From a virus (taxonomy: Duplodnaviria > Caudoviricetes), in IMG/VR virus record IMGVR_UViG_3300003886_000264, positions 1 to 51,902 of that record: a stretch of 51,902 nucleotides of DNA; one strand, written 5' to 3'. Position numbers and translations under genes: made by a program. The notes below the pieces were generated by a model, which ran no database searches, was not told the DNA's origin, and saw only the letters and a list, made by a program, of their open reading frames with translations. Of the stretch, positions 1 through 9,347 are shown piece after piece. The stretch's first letter is position 1; each line of letters starts with the position of its first letter.

Positions 1-91
1 CTTTCGGATGCCAGAGGACTTCTCCAGACTCCAAAAGATTACCAGGTCTATATGGTCTGCTCGGTTCTTCTGGAGCAACTTTCCCCATTTT
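1..91. repeat. 91-bp terminal direct repeat (copy 1); circular-assembly overlap
   Basis: Bases 1-91 are identical to 51812-51902. The repeat lies inside a continuous ORF, so it is assembler overlap rather than a biological terminal repeat. Confidence 0.95.
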
Positions 92-3000
92 AACTTCAGT
101 CTTAGGGTCATAATACTTTGATAATACTGTTACGGCATTTTCATACTCGTCTTTATTCTTATATAAAGACCTCTCTGCATATTTCCGTAATTCTGGAGGG
201 ATATTCTCTTTTTCTCTTGCTATCCTTTGTTCATTAAACTCCTTACCAGAGTTCATTCCTAACATACCAAGTGTATTAGGGTCGAAAAGAGCTTTCTCAC
301 CTGTTAATATAGCTTTAGTCCCTTGCCATATTCCATTAAGAAACTTCTTCATACCTTGCCCAAACCTGGAAAGCATTTCCTTAGACCACATTCCAAGAGT
401 ATTAAATCCTTTTTGAAAAAGATAAGCACCAGCTTTAGCATAGTTATAAACAAGTACAGGGTCAAGACCTATCGGGTTAATATCACCTTTCTTAGCTATA
501 ATCTCTAATGCCTCTTTAAAGCTCTTTAAATCTACTACCATAGTTGACTTAAAGTTTCCATCCTTATCTACAACCCCTATGTCAGCTATTGTCTTACGCT
601 GTTCAGGAGTTAACTTCATAGATAGATGACTTTTAACTTCAGGTTGAGTTATAATCGTACCATCTTCTAATAAGACAGACTTAGCACCTTTAGCATTTGC
701 AAGTTGTAATTTTTTATGTTTTTCTAAGTCAAGAGCAAAAGCTTTATCATATAGTTCTTTTAACTTACCTTCTTTATTAAAACGTAATTCATTTATTTGG
801 TCTTCAGTTTTACCCTCAGCTTTTAATTGTTCTTCAATAACTTTAACTTCGGTCATAACCTTATCAACTTGTGCTTTAACATCTTCTACTATCTCTGTCC
901 CAACCTTATTCTCTTTTAACTTATCACCAAATTGCTTTATTTTCTTTTCAGCTTCTGCTTTAATCCTTTCAGGTGTAACCTTGCCATCTTTAAAAAGTAA
1001 AGTTATAGTTGATTGCTTTAACTTATCAGTTATTTTACTTGGTACTTCAATATCAAAAGTAACAGCTTGAGGGACTTTACCAGCACCTCTAATAATACCT
1101 TTATAATCTCCTTTAATACCAGACTCTTCAAAAGCTTTCTTTAACTCTTCATCAGACTGTGCATTAGCTTTCTTTAACTTTCTAATTTTACGTCTTCGCT
1201 CATTAGCTTTTTGCGTTTTTGTTTTCTTCTGCTCCCCCTCTATCTTGGTGGTAGCTTCTTTTTTATTCTCAATAGGTTTCTCAGTAAAGCGTCTTTTTAG
1301 TTCTTGTATTATAGCGACAGGACTATCAGCTTCTTTAAGTGCTTCGTTAAGGTCTGGAATGGTCTTAATCTTATCAACCTCTTCTTTAATCTTAGCAGTA
1401 GATTTGACCTGCTCTCTTTCTCTACCATAAGTCTGTCTCTCTGCTTCTGTAAGTCCAGCTCCTTTTGTACTTTCAAGTGGTTTACCTTTGGCATCAACAA
1501 GCCCTTCCACAACAGGTGTTTGTTCCAGTTTACCCAAAGTCGTAGCTCGTTCAAGTCTTGCTTGCTCATCAACGGTAAGACTTTCTTTTTTAACTTTTTT
1601 AGGTTCTTCCCTGTTCTGTATCTCCTTACTTTTAGCATCTTGCTCGATAATCGCTCTCTGCTTTTCATTTTGAATCTCCGTATGCTTTTCAAGCTGAGTA
1701 TCTTTTTCAAGTTGTTGCTTCGCTAAGATTCTATTTACCTCTTCGTTGATAGCCTTGCTTTCATAAATATCAAGAGTTTCCTGAATTCCTTTTTTAATTT
1801 GAGTTTTGTATTGTTCAGGAGTAAATTTATAAGCACCTTCCTCAAAGAATTTCGTAGGATTGTTTATATATTTAAGCATATCATCTTTTATACGAGTACG
1901 AAAGACTTTCTCAGGCAATTCAAAGAAAGCAGCAGTTTCATTTATAAACTTATCTAATTTTATATCTTCAGGTAACTGATTCTTTCTAAGAGCTTTGGTA
2001 AGTTTATCAGCATATATCAAATGTGCAACTACTGAAGCAGACATCTGTTTGTTAAGTTCAAAGGACTCATAAGAGTCTTTTTCTTTAACTTTATCAAATG
2101 GATTCTTAATATCTTTGAACTTTGTTTCATAAACTGCTTTTAAAGTTTTGGTACGACCGGCATCTTCAAAAGACTGTTTAAAGGTTTTCCTAACAAAAGG
2201 AACAACTTCAGAAATAAAAGAATAATCAACAGCATTTGACTTTGAAAGTGTAATTGGCTCTTGCTCTATACGTTCAACCGTTCCCTTAGTAACAAATTTA
2301 TTCTGGTCAATTAAATAAAGATTATTCTTTTCTCTTTCATAATAACGTGGAATCTCAACACCAGTCTCTTTAATACCTTCTTCAAGAGTCCTACCATTCT
2401 TTGCAGCTATTCTAAGTAAATCAAAACTATCTTTTTCTACCATTACATTCTTCTGGTCTTTAAGAACATAACTTTTCCAAGCTCTTGGGTCAGAGAAGTG
2501 CAATGACATAAAGGTTAATGCAGTAGCTAATTTATCCTCTGTAGTTCCATCAGAAGAGAAATACCCTAAACCACCAGAAGTTGCTGTTCCACTTATCATC
2601 TGGACTACCTTAGGATTCCTACGTAAAAAAGTAGTAGCTTCTCTCATAGATAAATTTCTTGATTGTCTTAATAAAGCCGATATACCTGTTCCTGCATACT
2701 CACCTGCAACTCCAAAAACAGAAGCTAAGATTGAGAATTTGCCAAGTTGTTGTATATCACCTAAGAAAGCATCAACCCCTTCTTCAAGTGAATGATTTAT
2801 CATACTTGGGGTTTGTGCTAAAGCTAAGGTCATATTATTTTGTATAAGAGCATTAGCAAATTTACCTGGCAGAGATGAAGCTTTTGTAATCTCAGGAAGC
2901 ATTCTACCTATTACTTCGCTACTAATACCTCCAGCTAACATAAATAATGGAGCATCTATTGCAAAAGTTGCAAAGGTATTAGCAAAGGTATCAAGGAAAC

Positions 3001-3703
3001 CATCAGTCTCGTAGGTTACCTTCTTCTCAAAATACTTATTAAATAAATCAATTTCATCTTTATCTTTTGTTAAGAGTACATCATTATAATATACTCCATC
3101 AGATTTGAATTTAAGATTATCAAAGAGTGTCTGTCCTAATCCATACTTACCAATCCATTTACCTGCAAATGCCGAAGCTCCAAGTCGCCCTAATTGATAA
3201 GTCAAAGAGTTACCAAGAGCATTCTCCCAAAAACCCTTTCCTATACCTTGCTTAAATTCTCCAGTAGCAGGGTCAACAGCATCTCGCATTATCTCAAAGA
3301 TTCTATTCTTCTGAGTTTGTGCAGTATAAATTTTCCCTATTTCATCTGCTGAACTGCCTATCGTAACACCATCAACAGCTTCAATAAGAGATTTGCTAAT
3401 CTCCTTACCGTTCTTGTCTTTCTTAATACGATAATATCTATATTTCCCATCTTCATCAAGTTTTATTTCTTCAACAGTATCTACATCTGCTTCGGGATTA
3501 GGAAGAAAGTTATCAATTATATCACGGTCGCTTTTATACCTGAATACTTGCATAAAATCATTAAAGTTTTTATCAGGTATAAGTCCAGGCACCGTATCAG
3601 GTACACCTATTCCTGGCATAGACAACGCTGTAAATTGTTGTCCTGTTGTGCCTGAAAAGTCAAGTAAGGTCTGTATATCTTTTGCTGAACGTTTACCTCC
3701 CAC
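1..3703 (-). CDS. Giant internal virion/ejection protein, N-terminal part (continues across the join to 48870; about 2,214 aa in total)
   Basis: GTG at 3703 preceded by GGAGGAGG. The segments I translated are open (MGGKRSAKDIQTLLDFSG...KYYDPKTEVKMGKVAPEEP), and the ORF track reports no stop-terminated ORF in this frame. In frame with the 48870..51899 ORF after removing the 91-bp overlap. Third and largest gene of the post-nozzle cluster. Confidence 0.8.
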   Translation of the reverse strand, partial: MGGKRSAKDIQTLLDFSGTTGQQFTALSMPGIGVPDTVPGLIPDKNFNDFMQVFRYKSDRDIIDNFLPNPEADVDTVEEIKLDEDGKYRYYRIKKDKNGKEISKSLIEAVDGVTIGSSADEIGKIYTAQTQKNRIFEIMRDAVDPATGEFKQGIGKGFWENALGNSLTYQLGRLGASAFAGKWIGKYGLGQTLFDNLKFKSDGVYYNDVLLTKDKDEIDLFNKYFEKKVTYETDGFLDTFANTFATFAIDAPLFMLAGGISSEVIGRMLPEITKASSLPGKFANALIQNNMTLALAQTPSMINHSLEEGVDAFLGDIQQLGKFSILASVFGVAGEYAGTGISALLRQSRNLSMREATTFLRRNPKVVQMISGTATSGGLGYFSSDGTTEDKLATALTFMSLHFSDPRAWKSYVLKDQKNVMVEKDSFDLLRIAAKNGRTLEEGIKETGVEIPRYYEREKNNLYLIDQNKFVTKGTVERIEQEPITLSKSNAVDYSFISEVVPFVRKTFKQSFEDAGRTKTLKAVYETKFKDIKNPFDKVKEKDSYESFELNKQMSASVVAHLIYADKLTKALRKNQLPEDIKLDKFINETAAFFELPEKVFRTRIKDDMLKYINNPTKFFEEGAYKFTPEQYKTQIKKGIQETLDIYESKAINEEVNRILAKQQLEKDTQLEKHTEIQNEKQRAIIEQDAKSKEIQNREEPKKVKKESLTVDEQARLERATTLGKLEQTPVVEGLVDAKGKPLESTKGAGLTEAERQTYGREREQVKSTAKIKEEVDKIKTIPDLNEALKEADSPVAIIQELKRRFTEKPIENKKEATTKIEGEQKKTKTQKANERRRKIRKLKKANAQSDEELKKAFEESGIKGDYKGIIRGAGKVPQAVTFDIEVPSKITDKLKQSTITLLFKDGKVTPERIKAEAEKKIKQFGDKLKENKVGTEIVEDVKAQVDKVMTEVKVIEEQLKAEGKTEDQINELRFNKEGKLKELYDKAFALDLEKHKKLQLANAKGAKSVLLEDGTIITQPEVKSHLSMKLTPEQRKTIADIGVVDKDGNFKSTMVVDLKSFKEALEIIAKKGDINPIGLDPVLVYNYAKAGAYLFQKGFNTLGMWSKEMLSRFGQGMKKFLNGIWQGTKAILTGEKALFDPNTLGMLGMNSGKEFNEQRIAREKENIPPELRKYAERSLYKNKDEYENAVTVLSKYYDPKTEVKMGKVAPEEPSRPYRPGNLLESGEVLWHPK

Positions 3704-5129
3704 CAGTACCTCCTCCAACATTACCTAAGTTACCCAAACGACCTGAGAAAACACTATTATCTCTCCCACTAAGTCTATCTTCTTCAGCTTGTTTCTTTAA
3801 AAATAGGTCTCTGGCTTCTGCCACACGACTTTCATAATCTACATAAGTTTCAGGGTCGCCAGGGTCATAGTATCCTCCACCACCATTAGGGAAGAGAGAA
3901 GCATCTACTGGAACAATAATCTTAGTTGGGTCTAAGAAAGAACCATCTATAAGAGGATAAGAACGAGGATTATCAAGTGTTCCTTTCCTAAAGAATGGAC
4001 TTACTGGAGTGTATTCTCCATATTGTGAAGTAAGCAAATTACCTAAATCTTTATAGTTCTTATTATAGTATTGGTCTGAAGTCTTATCATACATAACATC
4101 ATAAACTTCCTTCGCTAAATCTTCACCTGTCTCCATTGCCTTAATTACTTGAAGACTTGAACCAAATTCATTTATTTCTTTTTGACGCTTCTTTACATCA
4201 TTAGCGAATAAAGCAAGAGCAGTTCTTTTATATTCATCTCTTACCCATTGAAAATCTTCAGTTTCATTTGGAAATCGTAATAAATCCATCCTTTTAGTTG
4301 CCTCAACAAGTTCATTATATTTCCTTTTAGTAAAAGTAATATTCTCCATAAGGGTTGTGCCCATATTACCAGTTTTACTAAACTGACTTCTCCAATTTAA
4401 TGTATTCTTTCTTATAAGTGCATCTACACCTGCCCACGCTTTAGCAAACTCAGGGTCACTTCCATATTGCAAGAACATATTATTTCTAAAGTTCTCTAAA
4501 TTAAATCCTTTTTTACCACTTGCTTGATTAAAGATAAGATTTAGTTTAGAGAATTCATCACCACTGATTATCTTAGCCATAAGTGAAGTAACTTTTCTAT
4601 CCTCTTTAAGGTCATCAAGCTTTATGTTATCTAACAGTAAATCTGTTTTTATAGACTCTACTTGAAACATAGATTGCTTAAATGCTTGTGTCTCAAAAGG
4701 TAACTTACGTTGTCTCTCTAAGTTTGAAATTTTTTGCTTCTGTTGACCAGAGAGTACATCTACTAATCTACCTGCATCTTCTCCTCCGACCATACCAAGA
4801 TTCTGTATCGTACCACCATAAAGTTTATTTAATTCTTCTTGTCTCCGCAAGACGTTAACACTAAAAGATGCAAAAGTACTTAACTGTTTTTCAAGGTCAA
4901 CTTGATTTTCCTTAACAGTAGGGTCTTCATTTATTGCACTTAATTGTTCTTCAGTTGATAATGGTTCCTGCTCAAGTTCTTGCAGTCTTGCATTAAAGTC
5001 AGTTATGACATTACGAGTACCCTTCGTTTGAGCTTCTAATAACTTTGCTTGTCCCTTAATAACTTCACCACTCATTAAGTTAGAAGTCTGTAACTTTGCT
5101 AAAGCTGTTGTAAAATCTATTTTAGCCAT
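3693..5129 (-). CDS. Putative internal virion/ejection protein (coiled-coil rich)
   Basis: Likely start MAKIDF at 5129 (GGAGG upstream, 1 nt after the previous stop). Lies between the small and giant ejection-type genes. Confidence 0.6.
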   Translation of the reverse strand: MAKIDFTTALAKLQTSNLMSGEVIKGQAKLLEAQTKGTRNVITDFNARLQELEQEPLSTEEQLSAINEDPTVKENQVDLEKQLSTFASFSVNVLRRQEELNKLYGGTIQNLGMVGGEDAGRLVDVLSGQQKQKISNLERQRKLPFETQAFKQSMFQVESIKTDLLLDNIKLDDLKEDRKVTSLMAKIISGDEFSKLNLIFNQASGKKGFNLENFRNNMFLQYGSDPEFAKAWAGVDALIRKNTLNWRSQFSKTGNMGTTLMENITFTKRKYNELVEATKRMDLLRFPNETEDFQWVRDEYKRTALALFANDVKKRQKEINEFGSSLQVIKAMETGEDLAKEVYDVMYDKTSDQYYNKNYKDLGNLLTSQYGEYTPVSPFFRKGTLDNPRSYPLIDGSFLDPTKIIVPVDASLFPNGGGGYYDPGDPETYVDYESRVAEARDLFLKKQAEEDRLSGRDNSVFSGRLGNLGNVGGGTGGR

Positions 5130-5130
5130 C

Positions 5131-5856
5131 TTACCCTCCTCCAACTGCTGGAGTTGGTTTTCGTGGTGCAATAAAGTTATTTATAGTCTCTGTAACATTA
5201 TTGCCACCCTTCTTAAACATATCACCAAGCAAACTTGTAATATCTTGAGCTTTGTTACTATAAACTTGTCCCAAATCAACATTACCTTGAATCGTAGAAC
5301 TTATATCTGCGCCTTGTAATCCGGTAGAAACAAACTTTTGTCCTGGAGTCTGCCCTGGTAAGCCAGAAGCTAAGTTACCTCCAACCTGTATAGCTTGTAA
5401 GAATCTCTGTTTCGCTGTTGTGTCCATATCACTCCACAACTTAACAAAGTCAATATTAGCTTGACCTGCTAACTGTTCTCCTTGAGCTATCTGTGGAGCA
5501 AGAGCAGTTACAAAGAAATCCATAAAAGCTTGACCTTGTGGTACTCCACTAACACTTTCGGGGATAGTAGAACCTATCTTAGCTGCAGCAACATCTGCAC
5601 CTCTTCTAAATGTATTCTGTACTACAGGTAAAATAGTATTAAAAAGCTCTTCTTTAGTAAAAGGAGTTTCTTTAAGAAAGTCCATATTAGCATAGAGCTC
5701 ATCAAACATTTTCTTAAATGCTTCTTCACTTGGACTATCTTGCATACCAAGTAATCCAGAGAGTATAGCTGAACCAAGTGTTATCAACCCGCCTGGTATC
5801 CCACCTGTTAAAAGTCCAACACCAGTAGAAGCTGCAGCTTGCGCTATATCTGACAT
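5131..5856 (-). CDS. Putative small ejection (pilot) protein
   Basis: Gly/Ala-rich hydrophobic N-terminus (GVGLLTGGIPGGLITLGSAILSGLLG) and Gln/Ala-rich helices, as in T7 gp14/P22 gp7-type proteins. Synteny fits. Confidence 0.6.
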   Translation of the reverse strand: MSDIAQAAASTGVGLLTGGIPGGLITLGSAILSGLLGMQDSPSEEAFKKMFDELYANMDFLKETPFTKEELFNTILPVVQNTFRRGADVAAAKIGSTIPESVSGVPQGQAFMDFFVTALAPQIAQGEQLAGQANIDFVKLWSDMDTTAKQRFLQAIQVGGNLASGLPGQTPGQKFVSTGLQGADISSTIQGNVDLGQVYSNKAQDITSLLGDMFKKGGNNVTETINNFIAPRKPTPAVGGG

Positions 5857-5857
5857 C

Positions 5858-6076
5858 TTATACCTCCGTTAAAGTAGTATTTTCTTTAAAAAGTTTTCCA
5901 TTTAATTTCGAGTATCTTGTGATAACTCCATCCTTATCTTCAAGAATACTTTCACCTTCTCCTAAACTTGAAAGTATTTCTTCCCCTACCTCATCAGTAA
6001 CTATATCTGCATTAGCAGGGCTAAACTTTATATCAGTTTCTTCACGTTCATCATAGTCGTGTTGAATAAGTCTCAT
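5858..6076 (-). CDS. Small acidic hypothetical virion-module protein
   Basis: ATG at 6076 overlaps the upstream stop (ATGA); 72 aa. Confidence 0.6.
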   Translation of the reverse strand: MRLIQHDYDEREETDIKFSPANADIVTDEVGEEILSSLGEGESILEDKDGVITRYSKLNGKLFKENTTLTEV

Positions 6077-8829
6077 CTTATACCATTCTTCCATATCTTT
6101 GGATGAATACCTCTAAAGTAATCACGTCTTGATTCTGCACCACTAATCCATATATCTTGTGCTAAATTTAACTGATAGATAGGGTCGGGAAGTAAAGAGA
6201 TAGAATAAGTATTTCTTTCACCTGCACCATAATTACCAATCAACAAATAGCCCTTACCATAATCACCAAAACTTTGTAAACTATCTAAAAGTTTTTGATG
6301 TAGGGCATCATCATATTTACCTGTACCATTATAAATCACAGTCCAACCAACAGCTACCCCACCTAAGTTATACACGATAGTATCAGAAACAGAAGATAAA
6401 GTATTATAAGCTTTCGTATAAGCACCAAGTCTATGATTAGATATGTCTGATACTAACCTCATACTTCCATAATAGCCACCAGTGTTAATTATATTAGTAT
6501 AATCTATATAAACTTGTGTATAATTATTAAGCAAGTCTGTTACCTTAATATAATAGTTACTCCCGACTTTCTCTGTGTAATACTTCCTATTATTTACTAT
6601 AATTGGATTTCCTTCTTGTTCTTGGAAGGGGAAAACCAATTCTGTACTATCTGCACCAAAAGAATAGTAACCAAAACCAGTTGTATCTTTAACTATCCAC
6701 CTACTAAAGGCAGGAAAAATACACCCACCAACAGCGATAAGATTCCCCCACTGGTCACGCAAACACTGTCTTTGTGCAGCTTCACATATTACATAACTAT
6801 CTGTATAATATGGTAAGCCAGTAGTTCGATTTTCTCGTAATTGGACTTGATAAAAACGCCAACTTACATTGCTATTCCATCCGGCTGAAGGGTCATAGAT
6901 TGCTGTCAGTTTAAGTATACCATCTGAACCAGCCATTTGATATGGAGTATTAGTCTCGCAATCCGTAAGTGTAAGAAATTCTGTAATATAAAAAGCAACA
7001 CCTGCGACTGTTCTCGACCCTGCATAAATAAGTGTATCTGGAGCATAATAAAGAGTCGTATCTCTGAACTCTATGGCTTTAATCCACACTTTTCCAGATA
7101 TTAAAGGTGGAGATAGCCACTGGACAGAACTTGTATCTTCAAAAAAACCATTAACAGTATCTACATTAGTCTTTGTAATATAATACCAACTTAAACTATC
7201 AGTACTCCAGTATGTTCTAAAGCTATCTATATTCATAGTCTCTACCGATATTATCACAGTATCTAATGCACTTCTAAAATTAGAGGGAGTAACATCAAAT
7301 ATATCTAAAGCCGAGAAACTATTTGGAAGAGGTATAACTGTAAAGAAGTAATCAGAACTATCCGTATATACACTGTCAATACTGCTAAGCAATATTCTTG
7401 CTGTGGTACTATATGTTCCTGAAGGGACAGTCCAAGTTAAAGAGGTATCATTAGCAAATACAGTATCTATTAAAATAAAGCCATCATTCAAAGCATACCA
7501 AACGAAAGTAGTATCTGTACCTTGCTCAGTTAAATCTGGAACATCAGTTGTCCAAGTAATCTCTATCACACTATCTTGGATAAATACTATACCAGTTGCA
7601 GAAGGATAAGCCAAAGTATAACCTGTATAAAATATACCTTCTAAATTAGGATAACCAGTATTAAGTGCACCACTAACTGACCAAGTTGTATCAAAATCCC
7701 AACTACGCCAAGTAAATGTTGCCTTTGTCTTTAATGAGTCAGTAGTCTTTGGATAAACCCAAGTTGCACCTGTTGAATCAACATTACTATTAGTAGTCCC
7801 CGCTACAAGCTTATCAAAAAAGTTGTTAGTCCCTATGCTTCCCATATTACCAACAAATCCTGTCTTAATTGCAAGTTCTTGGTTATATATCGTTGTACCA
7901 GTAGCATAAGAATTTGAAATTGCCCCATTCTGATAACCTACGAAAGTGCCAGCAAGATAAAATCCAGAGCCAAGAGTAGCTGCATTATCAATTACTTCTG
8001 CATTATAGACATAAGAATTTCCAATACCACCTGCATTCTGTACTCCGATAAATCCACCAAGACCATTAGCTGTCCTATTCCCATAAATATAAGAATTCCT
8101 TGTCCAGCTTTCACTAACACTGAAAGCAGTGCTACCCATTACTCCTATTAAGCCACCAATTTTATGTTGAGAACTCCCACTGGTTACTTGTGTTAAAGAA
8201 TCATTTTCTACAGCAGACTTAAATACTCTCCCATATACGCCTGTAAGAACATTACCAATAAGTCCACCTATCTTATGTTCGTAATTGCCAGTTGTTTTAA
8301 TATCTATTGTATCAACTAAAGAACTATCTACAAACGTAGGGGTATCAGACGTTGTAGATGCTGCTACCTCTCCAATAAGTCCACCAAGATAAGCTAAATC
8401 TCCTGTACCATTAGCATAAGCTCCTGTAATATCTACATTTTGTAAGTGTATATTATTAAAGTAAACACTGTCTATTAAAGATGCCCCAAGACTTGTACCA
8501 CCAACTCGACCAAAAAGTCCTGCATGAAAACGATTACTTTTTTCGGGAACACTTGTGATAGTCAAATTCTTAATAATAAATCCGTTACCTTCATAAGCTC
8601 CTGTAAAAGTAGTATCGTTATTACCTAATGGAAGCCAATTAGTATAACCTGATAAATCAATATCAGCAATTTGTTTAAAGGCATACCCTTGAAGATAACC
8701 AAATCTTATAGAGTCAAGACTTGAAGCAGTCTTAATTAGATAAGGGTCAGTTAACGTACCACCTCCTCCATAAAATTGCCCAAAAGTTATAGAAGAGAAT
8801 ATAAATAAAAGCATTACTAAATACTTCAT
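6073..8829 (-). CDS. GLUG/beta-helix plus Ig-like domain protein with Sec signal peptide; putative receptor-binding or exported protein
   Basis: Start MKYLVMLLFIFSSITFGQ at 8829 (AAGGAG, ATGA overlap). Motifs GTLTDPYLIKT, ADIDLSGYTNWLPLG..FTGAYEGNGFIIKNLTI, repeated IGGLIG, WDFDTTWS..GYPNL, then Ig-like TWTVP/DSSDYFFTV. Confidence 0.75.
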   Translation of the reverse strand: MKYLVMLLFIFSSITFGQFYGGGGTLTDPYLIKTASSLDSIRFGYLQGYAFKQIADIDLSGYTNWLPLGNNDTTFTGAYEGNGFIIKNLTITSVPEKSNRFHAGLFGRVGGTSLGASLIDSVYFNNIHLQNVDITGAYANGTGDLAYLGGLIGEVAASTTSDTPTFVDSSLVDTIDIKTTGNYEHKIGGLIGNVLTGVYGRVFKSAVENDSLTQVTSGSSQHKIGGLIGVMGSTAFSVSESWTRNSYIYGNRTANGLGGFIGVQNAGGIGNSYVYNAEVIDNAATLGSGFYLAGTFVGYQNGAISNSYATGTTIYNQELAIKTGFVGNMGSIGTNNFFDKLVAGTTNSNVDSTGATWVYPKTTDSLKTKATFTWRSWDFDTTWSVSGALNTGYPNLEGIFYTGYTLAYPSATGIVFIQDSVIEITWTTDVPDLTEQGTDTTFVWYALNDGFILIDTVFANDTSLTWTVPSGTYSTTARILLSSIDSVYTDSSDYFFTVIPLPNSFSALDIFDVTPSNFRSALDTVIISVETMNIDSFRTYWSTDSLSWYYITKTNVDTVNGFFEDTSSVQWLSPPLISGKVWIKAIEFRDTTLYYAPDTLIYAGSRTVAGVAFYITEFLTLTDCETNTPYQMAGSDGILKLTAIYDPSAGWNSNVSWRFYQVQLRENRTTGLPYYTDSYVICEAAQRQCLRDQWGNLIAVGGCIFPAFSRWIVKDTTGFGYYSFGADSTELVFPFQEQEGNPIIVNNRKYYTEKVGSNYYIKVTDLLNNYTQVYIDYTNIINTGGYYGSMRLVSDISNHRLGAYTKAYNTLSSVSDTIVYNLGGVAVGWTVIYNGTGKYDDALHQKLLDSLQSFGDYGKGYLLIGNYGAGERNTYSISLLPDPIYQLNLAQDIWISGAESRRDYFRGIHPKIWKNGIR

Positions 8830-9347
8830 TGGTATCTCCTTATCCAAACCCAATTATATTTTTGACCACTTATGCTTATATTACTTCTAATTACTATAAT
8901 TGTATCAGTTTTAGCTTGCACAGTAAATATAGCAACTGATGAATCCTCTCTTGCAGTGATAAGGAAAACATCTAAAGAGTCAGCGCCTGATAAAAGCACC
9001 GTATCTCTTGAAAGTGCTACTGTGAAAGTATCACTCCCTGCAAATTCATCAGCAAAGCGAAGAGTATCATCCTTTATATATAACTGAAGACTATCAGTAT
9101 ATACAATAAGTGCATTTAATAAACTATCAACTCCTCTCTGTGACCAGTTAATCCAACCTCCAGGATTAGAAAGTAATCTGTATATAGGAAGTTTATAATA
9201 TTGCGTAGAGTCAATAGGCAAATCCCACCCATTTGTACTGTATGGTGAGTCTGTATCTCCGATGGTCTGCCCATAAGTCTCAATAGTAAATATAACAGCG
9301 AAGGCAACAGTAAAAATAAGTATAAAAGCAATAATCTTGTCTCTCAT
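8826..9347 (-). CDS. Signal-peptide-bearing beta-rich protein in the tail module
   Basis: N-terminus MRDKIIAFILIFTVAFAVIFTIETYGQ. Translationally coupled to the nozzle and GLUG genes. Confidence 0.65.
   Translation of the reverse strand: MRDKIIAFILIFTVAFAVIFTIETYGQTIGDTDSPYSTNGWDLPIDSTQYYKLPIYRLLSNPGGWINWSQRGVDSLLNALIVYTDSLQLYIKDDTLRFADEFAGSDTFTVALSRDTVLLSGADSLDVFLITAREDSSVAIFTVQAKTDTIIVIRSNISISGQKYNWVWIRRYQ

Noticed and set aside
323-3837. Short plus-strand ORFs and the 133-aa minus ORF 1309..1710 in the track
   Set aside because: Shadow frames of the giant minus-strand gene. The same applies to most antisense ORFs across the genome.
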